Virus record (IMG/VR): IMGVR_UViG_3300037467_003067
Span: 234,604-298,603 of that record
DNA: 64,000 nt
Source: a virus
Lineage: Duplodnaviria; Caudoviricetes
Reading direction: 5' to 3' (one strand)
Each line of letters opens with the position of its first letter. Position 1 is the stretch's first letter. Below are positions 1-9,750 of this stretch, piece after piece. The translations under genes were made by a program, and so were the position numbers. The notes beneath the pieces are model-generated. The model worked only from the letters and a program-made list of their open reading frames with translations. It had not been told where the DNA came from and ran no database searches.

Positions 1-390
1 CCTGAGATGGGATAAGGTTTGTACAAGCCTAGACTCTTGGCATATTTGCCTATGTATATCTACCTTGATTTTATTTTCGTGAGAGAACTGGCTGGCCAGG
101 TCTAAGGAATGAAACGTGACGACTGTACTCCTGGGGGGTGCGTCATCGTAGAATTTCACGTTGACAGGCGAATCTTTGTAGAATAAATTCAGGTAGTGAT
201 ACTTTTTATCATGATTCATCGATGTGCCATCGACTAATTTATTCATGAGGGTTGGGTTGATTGTCGTGTCGCTCTTGAAGATGTATTCTTCCGGAGCATT
301 CTCGTAGGATCTGTGGTCGAGAGTCCAAAACATAGATTGGAATTCTTTAACCATTTCGTCGAGAAATGATTGTTTCGCGAACGTCAACAT
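1..390 (-). CDS. Hypothetical protein, truncated by window edge
   Basis: Manual translation from ATG at 390 (MLTFAKQSFLDEMVKEF...) stays open to base 1; overlaps the stop of the upstream ORF. Confidence 0.7.
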   Translation of the reverse strand, partial: MLTFAKQSFLDEMVKEFQSMFWTLDHRSYENAPEEYIFKSDTTINPTLMNKLVDGTSMNHDKKYHYLNLFYKDSPVNVKFYDDAPPRSTVVTFHSLDLASQFSHENKIKVDIHRQICQESRLVQTLSHLR

Positions 391-824
391 GTTAAATCCT
401 CTAGAGTATCAAAAACTTGTACCTGAGACACCATGTATGCCAATTTCCATGCCGCAGTGATTTCCTGGTCATCAAAGAAATCACTGGCATGAAAATCAAG
501 TTTTATTTCGGTGTTTTCAAAAATCCATTCTTCACAGATATTGCCGAAACCATCACGCTGAGACAATGTGGCTGTCTTGGTGCTGAGGACTTTCTTGGTC
601 GCCTGATCGAATTCCTTGCAAGTCCCGCCAATGCCACCTGGAGTTGGAAAGGTCTGAGTAAATGAGATATTGCCCGGTAATGGGAATAGTCGACCTCCCA
701 CAGCCATGTTAGGCATATCGGGGCGATAATCCAGGATAATGCCCGATAGAGGGAATGTGGTATTTCCATGGGCATCTTTGCCTTCGAAATACCACCGCAA
801 CCTTGACTTAGTCGTGAAATTCAT
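384..824 (-). CDS. Hypothetical protein, possibly T4 gp19/tail-tube-like fold
   Basis: RLRW...RP...KTATL..RDGFGNICEEW.F...LDF pattern resembles tail-tube proteins; start at 824 overlaps the upstream stop (ATGA). Confidence 0.35.
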   Translation of the reverse strand: MNFTTKSRLRWYFEGKDAHGNTTFPLSGIILDYRPDMPNMAVGGRLFPLPGNISFTQTFPTPGGIGGTCKEFDQATKKVLSTKTATLSQRDGFGNICEEWIFENTEIKLDFHASDFFDDQEITAAWKLAYMVSQVQVFDTLEDLTC

Positions 825-1336
825 GCTTTGTATTCTTCCCATCGCATCAGCATCTTCATGATCCCGTGTTCGGGTACGCCGTGTGTCGTGGTCTCGGCGA
901 AGACCTTAGCACACTTCTTGAGTTCGCTCTCTTGCCGCTTGCCTCGGAGCAAGGGCTTGACCTTATGCCACCACGGCGTGCCGGGTTCCCTGATCTCCAC
1001 CGTGTAGCCGTATTTCTTCGCCAAATCTAAATAAAACTGAAAGTCGCGAATTCGAATATTAGTATTGTCGATGATCACGAGGTCGAGTTCGCATCGCATC
1101 GCCGATTCTGCCTGCTGCTGACAGGATCGGTGGGCGGCTCCGATCTGATTGGGGTCGTATTTGTAAACGGTCTTAATGACCCCCGTGCCGTCCTCGACAG
1201 GTCTAATGAAATAATTATCGGCTGAAGCGATCATCGCCTTCAGACCAGCCTGGGTGGCGTCGTAACACAGGGCTTGCGCCATGGTGCTTTTGCCAGCCCC
1301 CGGTACGCCCCTGCATACCAGCATACGCTTGCTCAT
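821..1336 (-). CDS. P-loop kinase, AAA_33 / polynucleotide-kinase-like
   Basis: Walker A RGVPGAGKST, SADNYF, IIDNTN, C-terminal HGVP. Confidence 0.8.
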   Translation of the reverse strand: MSKRMLVCRGVPGAGKSTMAQALCYDATQAGLKAMIASADNYFIRPVEDGTGVIKTVYKYDPNQIGAAHRSCQQQAESAMRCELDLVIIDNTNIRIRDFQFYLDLAKKYGYTVEIREPGTPWWHKVKPLLRGKRQESELKKCAKVFAETTTHGVPEHGIMKMLMRWEEYKA

Positions 1337-1348
1337 TGAAATATTCCT

Positions 1349-1573
1349 TTATCGCAGCTTATCCTTCAGAGCCCGGTCCATGATTTCCATCACTTCCTGG
1401 TACTCCTTGGATTCTCCAAAAGACGCCCGTTCTTCGGGTGTCTTGAACAACTTCCAGGCGATGCCGATACCCGGCGAGAAAATATGATTTCGTATCGTGT
1501 GAAGCCGAAGACAGGACGCATCCATGTTCCTCGCCTTCTCGACCACTGCCTTTAATTTTTGTTCAAAAGTCAT
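1349..1573 (-). CDS. Hypothetical protein
   Basis: 74-aa ORF in the co-oriented gene run. Confidence 0.65.
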   Translation of the reverse strand: MTFEQKLKAVVEKARNMDASCLRLHTIRNHIFSPGIGIAWKLFKTPEERASFGESKEYQEVMEIMDRALKDKLR

Positions 1574-1581
1574 GATCGTAT

Positions 1582-1980
1582 TTACTGTGGTTCGTCTAAA
1601 TTCTTAATTGGTCCCGGTTCGTAGGTCTTACCGGTCAATTCGTCAAGCTTTAGCCTGACCTCGGTAAGCTTCGTCAAAAGAGCCGATCTCTCCTTCTCCA
1701 ATGCCTTAATTTTCTCTTGCTTGATCGACTCCTTGTCGATTTTCTTGACCTTGGGAATCTTGGCTGGCTCTACCGAGCCGCCACGACCCCACGAGAAGAA
1801 ACCCTTCAGGGTAAGGGCATACTCCACTGCTTCCTCGTAGGTCCCTTCCACCAGTCCCAAATTAGGTCTAACATGAGGTCCGCTTAAATCTGCATTGGGG
1901 TCTTCGCCCTTGATCCGCCAGATCCCCTTGGTAGAAGGGGATCTCTGGGACAGCAACCGTCTTCGGATATCGTCAGACAT
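1582..1980 (-). CDS. Hypothetical protein with C-terminal coiled coil
   Basis: ORF in co-oriented run; RBS-like AGGA before MSDDIRR. Confidence 0.7.
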   Translation of the reverse strand: MSDDIRRRLLSQRSPSTKGIWRIKGEDPNADLSGPHVRPNLGLVEGTYEEAVEYALTLKGFFSWGRGGSVEPAKIPKVKKIDKESIKQEKIKALEKERSALLTKLTEVRLKLDELTGKTYEPGPIKNLDEPQ

Positions 1981-1994
1981 AGAATCCTGCTTTC

Positions 1995-2672
1995 TCACGC
2001 AACATCGACAACCGGTATCATTGAATCAATGGATGATTTAATAAATTCTTTGACATTAGAAGTTGTATTCATTTCGGAGGCAATTTTCGCATAATCGATC
2101 TTCTTGTGGTAATCACAGAGGTCGATCCTGGCATAGGACCCCCACCGGCTCCCGAACTTCTTCTCCAACATCCTGAGTTGCTTGGAATACTGGCGATACA
2201 TCCCCGTAGAAGCTTCGAGGACCGTACGCTCTTCCTGTGTGATCAGGTGTTCGCCGAGGAAGAACAGGTTGGAATGGGTTCCGGGAGAGATGACGTAGAT
2301 CTCGCGATCCTTGGGAAGCGTGCTATTCCACTTGATGTTGTTGGTCTTGGCACTCTTGAAGTTCAGGGAAAACAGGCAATTCGATACCACCCAGAAGGCG
2401 TCGGGATTCGACTGCGTCCCGAACGGCTGGAAGCAGAACCCGTCCTCAAGACCAATCGCCGACCCGATCGCATCCTCGTAGTTGTTCCGGTCAATCCCGC
2501 AGGTCTCAAGGATGTAACGGAAGTTTCTCGGCACATACTCTTCGTATCCCAGGTCGATCAACATCGCGCGAGCGATATATTCCTGCGTCGAGATGTTCTT
2601 GGCGATCTCGGTATTCTTTACGTTGAGCTTAGTTAAGGAATCAACAAATTTAAAGGCTTTTTCAATAGACAT
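1995..2672 (-). CDS. Probable type II restriction endonuclease (PD-(D/E)xK-like)
   Basis: QPFGTQSNPD...NFKSAK...WNSTLP motif; directly downstream of an N6-adenine MTase. Confidence 0.6.
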   Translation of the reverse strand: MSIEKAFKFVDSLTKLNVKNTEIAKNISTQEYIARAMLIDLGYEEYVPRNFRYILETCGIDRNNYEDAIGSAIGLEDGFCFQPFGTQSNPDAFWVVSNCLFSLNFKSAKTNNIKWNSTLPKDREIYVISPGTHSNLFFLGEHLITQEERTVLEASTGMYRQYSKQLRMLEKKFGSRWGSYARIDLCDYHKKIDYAKIASEMNTTSNVKEFIKSSIDSMIPVVDVA

Positions 2673-2691
2673 ATTAATAGTTAATTCTAAC

Positions 2692-3894
2692 TTAAAGGGA
2701 TTTTAAAGGGATTAGTTTTTCTAGTTCGGTCTTAGAAATCTGCGTATTGCCAGTGAGGCACTTAATGAGATCGGAAGTTTCACGCGAACGAAGTTGGTCA
2801 CAAATATCGTTATAATATTTTATATCTTTACACTTATTATGGGTGATGACATTCACGTGGTTCTCGGCGAGGAACTCGAAATCCTCGTCCACCACCGCTG
2901 CCCTGAGTGTCCCGCCATTCACCTTGCCCGTAATCCTGTTGACCAGGATCGCTGGTCCTTTTTGTACGGCAAACTTGTTGCCATGCCGGAAGAACTGAGG
3001 CTTCTTATCCTTGGCAACGATCGCCCCGCTGTCGTCGATGTTGTGCGCCCAGACCAGGAATGAGGTGTCGTCTCCTCGCTCCGACGCCAGTCTTTCCTTG
3101 TGCTGGTTCCAGACGACTTGACCAGTCTTGACCTTGAATCCATAATCACTCAACGTCTCCTTGCCCTTGAAGGCTTGCTGGAGATGATGGGCGTCTTCCG
3201 AGAAGATCAAAAGGTCATCTTTCTGGAAGATATAACTATTCCGTTTGATTCCTTTCTGGAGGATCAAAACCATGACAGATTGTTGGGCGTCCTGGAAGGC
3301 GTCCGACGAGTAGACTTTCAGGAAGTAAATCCCGGCTTGGTCCACGATGTACTGACGGAGTTTGCGGAAGTAGGCTCCGTTATTCATCGAGGGCGGGATG
3401 ACGAATGCCAGGTAGCCCCCTTCCTTCAGGGCATCCAAGCCGACCTTGAGGAAGAGCGAATAGATGTTCGCCCTCCCCGAGATCACGTCGGAAAAACGGT
3501 CCTGAAGGGTTTCCTCAAGGTCGTACATTTCGAAGTACGGCGGGTTGCCGACCACGAGGTCGTAATGGTCCTTGGGGAATTCGCTCCTCAGGGTGTCTGT
3601 GTTTTGGACCGATACATTGGGGTTGTTTCCGAATCGTTCTTTTAAAATATGACAGAGGTTTGGATCGATTTCGGTTGCATCTACCAAGGCATCGGGATAG
3701 AGGTCTAAAAGGTCCTTGACGAACTCACCAGTCCCAGCGGATGGCTCCCATATCCTCGGTTGTTCGAGGGCGGGAAGCCGCTCAGTAATCTCTTGTCTCA
3801 ATGACTTCTTAGTGAAATACTGACCTAATTCTTTCCGGTGGGAAAGGGTCGTATTCTGATAGTAAGAAAGCGAATAATTACTTAGCTCGGACAT
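2692..3894 (-). CDS. N6-adenine DNA methyltransferase, gamma class (TaqI/Eco57I-like)
   Basis: LGQYFT, WEPSAGTGEF (motif I), VGNPPY (motif IV), C-terminal target-recognition region. Confidence 0.9.
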   Translation of the reverse strand: MSELSNYSLSYYQNTTLSHRKELGQYFTKKSLRQEITERLPALEQPRIWEPSAGTGEFVKDLLDLYPDALVDATEIDPNLCHILKERFGNNPNVSVQNTDTLRSEFPKDHYDLVVGNPPYFEMYDLEETLQDRFSDVISGRANIYSLFLKVGLDALKEGGYLAFVIPPSMNNGAYFRKLRQYIVDQAGIYFLKVYSSDAFQDAQQSVMVLILQKGIKRNSYIFQKDDLLIFSEDAHHLQQAFKGKETLSDYGFKVKTGQVVWNQHKERLASERGDDTSFLVWAHNIDDSGAIVAKDKKPQFFRHGNKFAVQKGPAILVNRITGKVNGGTLRAAVVDEDFEFLAENHVNVITHNKCKDIKYYNDICDQLRSRETSDLIKCLTGNTQISKTELEKLIPLKSL

Positions 3895-3925
3895 GATTTA
3901 TTTATTATACCATTTATTATGATTG

Positions 3926-5326
3926 TTACAAGGTCAAAAACCCAGAGATCAGATTTTCTACTTGATCGCATTGGTCATATTTTATTTCTAGGAATCGTAT
4001 GTTGTTTTCGTGACAAAATTTCTTCTTTATAGCATCTCGAAGTTGAATTTTCCTCAAACCTTCTGACCCTTTCCAGGCATCGATTGGTTCATAGTGTTGT
4101 ATACCTTGGTACTCTATCAGTCCAATTAGAAACCCTTCTTCATTGAAAATTGCGAAATCAAAAGGCAATGGCAGTATATTTTTACACTTGGGTATTTTAT
4201 ATTCTTCGGAATATGGAATTTGTTTACTATCTAAAAAATACTTTATTTTATTTTCACCTTTTGATTTACGGCAACAGGGGCAGCCTCTATTTCTAGATGT
4301 TCTGCTGCCTATTGAAGCATGCCAATAATGAGTTTTTTCCTTGGAACACTTCCACCAGACCTTTATACCAGATCCAGCACTTACATTGGTAGGTTTAAAA
4401 TCTCCATTTCTTTCCCAATCCCATTCTTCGCTTAGTTCTGGGTGGGTGGTTAAAAGGCAATTTGAATTTACCACCTGATGTCCACTACAGCAAGAACATC
4501 CATGGTTGAGAATTGCTATATTGTAGATTGCAGCTTTGTATCTGTGATCTGACTCTACATCGCACTTCCACCAAACTTTTCTAGGCGTCCTAGCAGGCAC
4601 ATCTTTAGGAGTCAATCCTTTATTTCTGTCAAAGTCCCATCTAGAAATCATGTCTGGGTGTGTTGTTTCCAAACAATTAGAATCATCTATCTTTTTATTG
4701 ACACAATATGGACAATTACTTCCGTTTGTTCTGTTTTTTACTTGGACTTCCCATGTATGATCTGAATTAATTCTACATTTCCAAAATACACGCTTATCAC
4801 TATGTGGAGTTACATCAAAAGGAGTAAATTCATTCTTATCGTAGTCCCATTCATCCAAAAGATCCGGACGCATTGTGGCAAAACAATTAGACCTAACAAC
4901 TTTATAACCTTTACAACAAGGGCATCCTATATTGTTGGTTGCAATCCCTCTAAGGACCGATACAGTTCTCGCTTCCCATTTATGATCGTCAGCCTTATCG
5001 CATTTCCACTTGATCTTTTTATTTGAAGATCTTGTAACATCAAAAGGTGTAATCTCATTTTCTTCATGATCCCAAAACTCCAAAACCTCGGGATTAGTGG
5101 TAGCAACACAATTTGAAAACGAAGCCTTTTGCCCAACACAGAAAGGGCATTTGCTTTTTTGGTGAACTCGGCTATGCATAGAAGATTGCCAGCGATGGTC
5201 AAAAAATACATCACATTTCCACCATATTTTTTGACCATCTTTGACATGGGTTTCGCAAGGATTAATACCAGAGTTGGCTTCGTAGTCAAATTCAGCTAAG
5301 AGAGTTGGATAATTAGAAATTAACAT
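3926..5326 (-). CDS. Putative homing endonuclease: tandem zinc-ribbon repeats plus C-terminal PD-(D/E)xK (Vsr-like) nuclease
   Basis: Five WWKC...H.W...CP.C-type repeats; SKGE...LPFDF...IEYQGIQHY...RD..KK; AT-rich. Confidence 0.8.
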   Translation of the reverse strand: MLISNYPTLLAEFDYEANSGINPCETHVKDGQKIWWKCDVFFDHRWQSSMHSRVHQKSKCPFCVGQKASFSNCVATTNPEVLEFWDHEENEITPFDVTRSSNKKIKWKCDKADDHKWEARTVSVLRGIATNNIGCPCCKGYKVVRSNCFATMRPDLLDEWDYDKNEFTPFDVTPHSDKRVFWKCRINSDHTWEVQVKNRTNGSNCPYCVNKKIDDSNCLETTHPDMISRWDFDRNKGLTPKDVPARTPRKVWWKCDVESDHRYKAAIYNIAILNHGCSCCSGHQVVNSNCLLTTHPELSEEWDWERNGDFKPTNVSAGSGIKVWWKCSKEKTHYWHASIGSRTSRNRGCPCCRKSKGENKIKYFLDSKQIPYSEEYKIPKCKNILPLPFDFAIFNEEGFLIGLIEYQGIQHYEPIDAWKGSEGLRKIQLRDAIKKKFCHENNIRFLEIKYDQCDQVENLISGFLTL

Positions 5327-6750
5327 TAAAAATCTATCTCATCTTTAATTGTAACTTCATGTCCTTCTTCTCTGAGTATTTTCACTCTATGGACACTGTG
5401 CTTGGTTAGGTATTCATTTATATGAAAAAAGAAGTCGTAGTAATTTAAAACTTCTTTATCATTAGCTTTACGTAAGCCTCGTCCTAATCGTTGTATCAGA
5501 AGATGGTCAGCCTTACTTGAAGCACAACAAATTAGATTGTGTACAAATACATTGATACCAGCCGAGATAAGTTTCTGTTGAACTATACATACGCAATTCT
5601 TAGACTTCTGTAAGAGTTCTATGACTTCCTTGCGAGAATCGGCATTATCTTTGCCAAAAACCCAATGAGATCCTGGAATGAGTTGATTGAGCATTTCACC
5701 TTGAGCAACTCGCTCCACAATAATTAAGGTTCGACCTTTTAACTTCTTGGCTAATCGAGCAACGGTCTTATTGAAGTATATGCTTTCGGCTATTCCTAAT
5801 GTCACAGCATCCATGTAGGTTTCATACGGAAGTTGCGGTTCGTCGATTGGATAGAAGACACAATTGGTCGGAGACAATGTTCCTCTTTCCTGAAGTTCTT
5901 TGGTGGTTAAAATTCTTCCCTGATATTTAACTACAGGACCAAAAAACCCTTTAGTCTCAAGTTTTTGACATTTATCGGTTTCTCCAAATTTGAAAGGAGT
6001 TGCCGATATGCCAACTCGAACTGAGGCTCGGGTCATTTGCCTATAGACATCCCTCGGCTTCTTGCTCATCATATCGTGGACTTCATCCACGATCAAGGCT
6101 CGGAAATGAGGCAGTAGGCTCTGGATCTTGTGAGTTGAATCGATGTTCGCGACGGTGATTATATTAGGGCAAAAATCCTTCTTCTTACTTCCTATACACT
6201 TGCCCAATCCTTCGAAACCCCAAGCGGCGATATCTTCGTATAATTGGTGGGTCAAATCCGTGGACTTGGTCATTACCAAGGTCGGAGTTTTAGGAGGTAA
6301 ATTCTTTAATATCCCAACAAGCACCCAGGACTTACCTGCACCTGTCGGCGCACGAACAATACATCGCTTGGTCTTGGCAACTTGGTTGATATAATCAACT
6401 TGGTAGTCATGTAAAGTAACAGGATTGCGACCCGGCTGGAGCCATTGGTTCAGGAATTGGTCGTCGATATTATCGGAAATAAACGAAATTATATCTCGTT
6501 CATCTATAATGTGATAAGGGACGGATTTAAATTTGAGTGCGAGTTGAATCTCAGGAAGGAGACCGGTCAAGAAACGACCAGTTTCTCTCTTGTAAAAATC
6601 TATGTTGCCATCCCATTTCTTTTGTTTGTATAAAGGACTAAAGAAATAACCCTTCTGTTTGGCTCTCAGAGCCTTCCAGAGAAGCGTCTTCAGTTCCTCG
6701 TTATCGCTGTTTAACCAAGAATAATTATTTTGTAATTTTAATGTAGTCAT
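5326..6750 (-). CDS. SF2 DNA helicase, UvsW-like
   Basis: LHDYQ, APTGAGKS, IVDEVH, GISATP, QRLGRGLR. Confidence 0.85.
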   Translation of the reverse strand: MTTLKLQNNYSWLNSDNEELKTLLWKALRAKQKGYFFSPLYKQKKWDGNIDFYKRETGRFLTGLLPEIQLALKFKSVPYHIIDERDIISFISDNIDDQFLNQWLQPGRNPVTLHDYQVDYINQVAKTKRCIVRAPTGAGKSWVLVGILKNLPPKTPTLVMTKSTDLTHQLYEDIAAWGFEGLGKCIGSKKKDFCPNIITVANIDSTHKIQSLLPHFRALIVDEVHDMMSKKPRDVYRQMTRASVRVGISATPFKFGETDKCQKLETKGFFGPVVKYQGRILTTKELQERGTLSPTNCVFYPIDEPQLPYETYMDAVTLGIAESIYFNKTVARLAKKLKGRTLIIVERVAQGEMLNQLIPGSHWVFGKDNADSRKEVIELLQKSKNCVCIVQQKLISAGINVFVHNLICCASSKADHLLIQRLGRGLRKANDKEVLNYYDFFFHINEYLTKHSVHRVKILREEGHEVTIKDEIDF

Positions 6751-6847
6751 AATTAACGCCCATTACTTGCGTCATTATACCATAGAAGGCACAACGACAC
6801 AAGTAATGGGCGGTGATATTTTATATTTTGGTCTAAATCAACAAATA

Positions 6848-7117
6848 TTACTGTCTGTTGAAGACCCTGATCGGATCGATAGAAGACGTGCCCTCGGAGT
6901 CAGTGACCTCACGCATACGGGTCGTAGTGCTGACAGGTTTTGTGTAGTAGATCCACTCGCCAGCGTCGGCGAATCGGTAGACCTTGACGCCATCGTGCTC
7001 GAAGAGCAGTTCAGCCGTATAGTCCTTGTTCGTGGTCTCGCCGACGGACTGCGCCTTTCTCTGGTCGCAACCGGTCAGCAGAAGCAACAGCATCGCACCG
7101 CAAATCAGCTTCTTCAT
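6848..7117 (-). CDS. Small lipoprotein (DUF4884-like)
   Basis: Signal peptide with lipobox LLTGC; LLFEHDGVKVYRF motif. Confidence 0.65.
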   Translation of the reverse strand: MKKLICGAMLLLLLTGCDQRKAQSVGETTNKDYTAELLFEHDGVKVYRFADAGEWIYYTKPVSTTTRMREVTDSEGTSSIDPIRVFNRQ

Positions 7118-7127
7118 CTCAATTCCC

Positions 7128-7988
7128 TCAGTTGGAGTGATCGGACATCAAAAGAGTCAAACACTTGCAGGCACCACCCGACTTCATGAACTGGTCCATA
7201 GGCGTACTGTACGTCTTGAACCCGTAGAACGTCGTCAGATGGCTTTCGACGGCTTCACAGCCGCTCGGGAGGATGACGTGGATGGAATCTCCATCCCGCA
7301 TCGCTACCGCATTACAGGCGAACCGCTTCGCTTCTTGGTCATCGACCGGGACGAATCGGAATCCCGGAGCGTTCTTCGGAACATCCGTCGTCGGGAGTTT
7401 GATCTTGCTAAACGAGTTCAGGGTCTCGGGCGAGAACGCTCCGGGGTGATACAAGATCGTGTCATCGTCCAGCGGACAGAAACACGTATCGAGATGGTAG
7501 AAGTAAGGATCAATCAGGTCGCACAAAATCAAACTACGAAGTCCCAAGAAATCCATGATATCATGGGCGACTCGCTTATTGGTCCTGAATCCAGTCCCTA
7601 GGAACAAGGTGTCCTTGACCACGAAGGCATCCCCAGCACCTTCGAAGTGGACCTCTGGTACGAAGACATCATATCCCTGGTCCTGGAAGAACTTCTTGAA
7701 GTGCTTTTCCTCCTGCTGGCGTTCGGCGTGCTTGAACCGAGAAAGTACGACTTTGTTGTTGTGGAAGAGACCGGCGTTGGCTGTGAAGCAGAGGTCGGGG
7801 AGGTTGGGAATCGGTTCGACATATTCCACGTAGCTACCCAGCCGTAGGATCAAGTGATGGAGGTCGATCCACTGCTTGATTGCGGCGGCGTTGTTGGGCT
7901 TATTCTTCTCGGGGTCCATCCAGGGGTTGATGGTGTAGGTCACATCGAAGTAACTCGGACGGCACATCAAAAGCTTACGATTAAACAT
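7128..7988 (-). CDS. Amidinotransferase / dimethylarginine dimethylaminohydrolase family
   Basis: INPWM, PDLCFTANAG, FEGAGD, FYHLDTCF, GGACKCLT (Asp/His/Cys triad). Confidence 0.88.
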   Translation of the reverse strand: MFNRKLLMCRPSYFDVTYTINPWMDPEKNKPNNAAAIKQWIDLHHLILRLGSYVEYVEPIPNLPDLCFTANAGLFHNNKVVLSRFKHAERQQEEKHFKKFFQDQGYDVFVPEVHFEGAGDAFVVKDTLFLGTGFRTNKRVAHDIMDFLGLRSLILCDLIDPYFYHLDTCFCPLDDDTILYHPGAFSPETLNSFSKIKLPTTDVPKNAPGFRFVPVDDQEAKRFACNAVAMRDGDSIHVILPSGCEAVESHLTTFYGFKTYSTPMDQFMKSGGACKCLTLLMSDHSN

Positions 7989-8961
7989 AAATTGTCTCTT
8001 GAGAAATACGGGCATTCGCTTCTGTCACGTAGTTCTGGCAGAGTTCGAAGCCGATGAACTTTCGGTCGCAGTTCAGGGCAGCCAAGCCTGTGGTTCCCGA
8101 TCCCATGAAGGGGTCGAGGACGATCCCGTTCTCCGGGGTCGTGATACGGATGAACCGCTCCACGATCTCCTGGGGATAGATGGCAGGGTGCTTGCCGCCT
8201 GCACACGATCCCACGGCAGTTTCGATGACATCTTTATGCATCTTCCTTCCGTGGATTTTGATAATTGTATAACCTTGATTATTGATCTGATTGAGACGCC
8301 CTCCCGGTTGCCCGCCGAACGGCAGCGAGTGGATTCCGCGTATCTTCATGCGGAACCCGGCTATGCTCCCGCTGAGGACGTCCTCGATGGTCTGAGACAG
8401 GGCATTCTTGGCATTTGCCTTCTCTTCATGGGAAAGTCCCGAGGTTTCGATCAGGTCAAAGTATTTCTGCCCTACGTTCTTGCCGACCGGCTTGACTTCA
8501 TTCTGATCGTAGTAGGACGGATCGTAGTGATACTTCTTATCCTTGACAAAATGAAAGAACGGTTCGGTTGAGGAGACCATCCGTTTCTGAAATTGCCGAG
8601 GCGTCGGATTAGATTTTACCCAAGTCACGTTATTGATCAAGGTCGATTTCGGCACATTCCGGGCACGGAGGGCGAATTGGAACGGCACGAGTAGCAACGA
8701 GCCGTCCTGGTATTTATCACCTAAATTGAAGACGACACTCCCGGTGGGCTTGATCACTCGGAGGCATTCCTTGAAGACGGTGATGAGGTTGCCGAGGTAA
8801 TCGTCCAGGTTGGTTTCCCTGCCGATCTCGTCGGGATTGTCGTAGAACCGCTGGTTGAAGTAGGGGGGGCTGGTAATGACGAGGTCGATCGAGTCGTCTT
8901 CGAGTTGCGATAAGAGGTCTATGCAATTCCCTTGCGTTACCCTGTTAATCAATGCGTTCAT
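7981..8961 (-). CDS. N4-cytosine/N6-adenine DNA methyltransferase, beta class
   Basis: ITSPPY N-terminal; HPAIYP and VLDPFMGSGTT C-terminal. Confidence 0.9.
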   Translation of the reverse strand: MNALINRVTQGNCIDLLSQLEDDSIDLVITSPPYFNQRFYDNPDEIGRETNLDDYLGNLITVFKECLRVIKPTGSVVFNLGDKYQDGSLLLVPFQFALRARNVPKSTLINNVTWVKSNPTPRQFQKRMVSSTEPFFHFVKDKKYHYDPSYYDQNEVKPVGKNVGQKYFDLIETSGLSHEEKANAKNALSQTIEDVLSGSIAGFRMKIRGIHSLPFGGQPGGRLNQINNQGYTIIKIHGRKMHKDVIETAVGSCAGGKHPAIYPQEIVERFIRITTPENGIVLDPFMGSGTTGLAALNCDRKFIGFELCQNYVTEANARISQETIYV

Positions 8962-8963
8962 GC

Positions 8964-9242
8964 TTAATCAAATCCACCCATATTATAGCTTTCGCCGGTC
9001 GCAATGTCGACCAGGTCGCCGACTGTCCCGTTGCCCTGTGCGATCCGGTTCAGGATTTCTTGCTGCTGGGGCGGGCTGAGGTTCTGGAACTCCGAGGTAT
9101 GTACCAGGCGGTTGGTGTCGAACCCTTTGAGGTTCTTGCTCAGACCGTCCTGGTTCTTGTCGAGGGACCATATCCCCAAGAAAAACCGTTCCCAATAGTC
9201 ATGATTACGTTCGATAGTTTCGAGCCAGAGAGAAAATTTCAT
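8964..9242 (-). CDS. Small protein with capsid-targeting-like N-terminus
   Basis: MKFSLWLETIE; GATATATA upstream. Confidence 0.7.
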   Translation of the reverse strand: MKFSLWLETIERNHDYWERFFLGIWSLDKNQDGLSKNLKGFDTNRLVHTSEFQNLSPPQQQEILNRIAQGNGTVGDLVDIATGESYNMGGFD

Positions 9243-9254
9243 AATAGGTATATA

Positions 9255-9674
9255 TCAGTCCCATTCGTCGTCTTCGTCGTATTCTTCCTGATCATCGGTA
9301 TATGCTAGAAAGATCACGATGCAGATGTAGAACACGAGGCAAGGGATCGCCAGCCAAGAAGGACCGTATCGCAAGATCAGTAATCGCCATAAAGTGACCA
9401 AGAAGAAGATCCAGTTGAGCGAGTTAAAGACCCATGTTTGGAGGAATGAAACTGCAGGATATTTGTCCTTGATGAAGATCACGAAGGGGTCTTCGGCGTA
9501 ATTTTCATCATCGATCTTCTTGAATTCGAGATGATCGGCGATTGTGATAACCAAGGAGAAAATGACCAGTAGATAGAAGAAAACATCTCTGAATTTGTCT
9601 GTGTTGCCGAAGACGACTGCCATATTGGCAAATATCAATGCGCAACGAGACAGCAGGGTAAAAGTATTTTCCAT
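9255..9674 (-). CDS. Membrane protein (about 4 TM) with acidic tail
   Basis: Hydrophobic segments; C-terminus DDQEEYDEDDEWD. Confidence 0.65.
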   Translation of the reverse strand: MENTFTLLSRCALIFANMAVVFGNTDKFRDVFFYLLVIFSLVITIADHLEFKKIDDENYAEDPFVIFIKDKYPAVSFLQTWVFNSLNWIFFLVTLWRLLILRYGPSWLAIPCLVFYICIVIFLAYTDDQEEYDEDDEWD

Positions 9675-9750
9675 GCGAAAAACTCCATCCTTGGATTTTG
9701 AAAAACTCTTTCCTGAGTATAGCACAGTTCCGGCAAAACTAAAAGAGATT

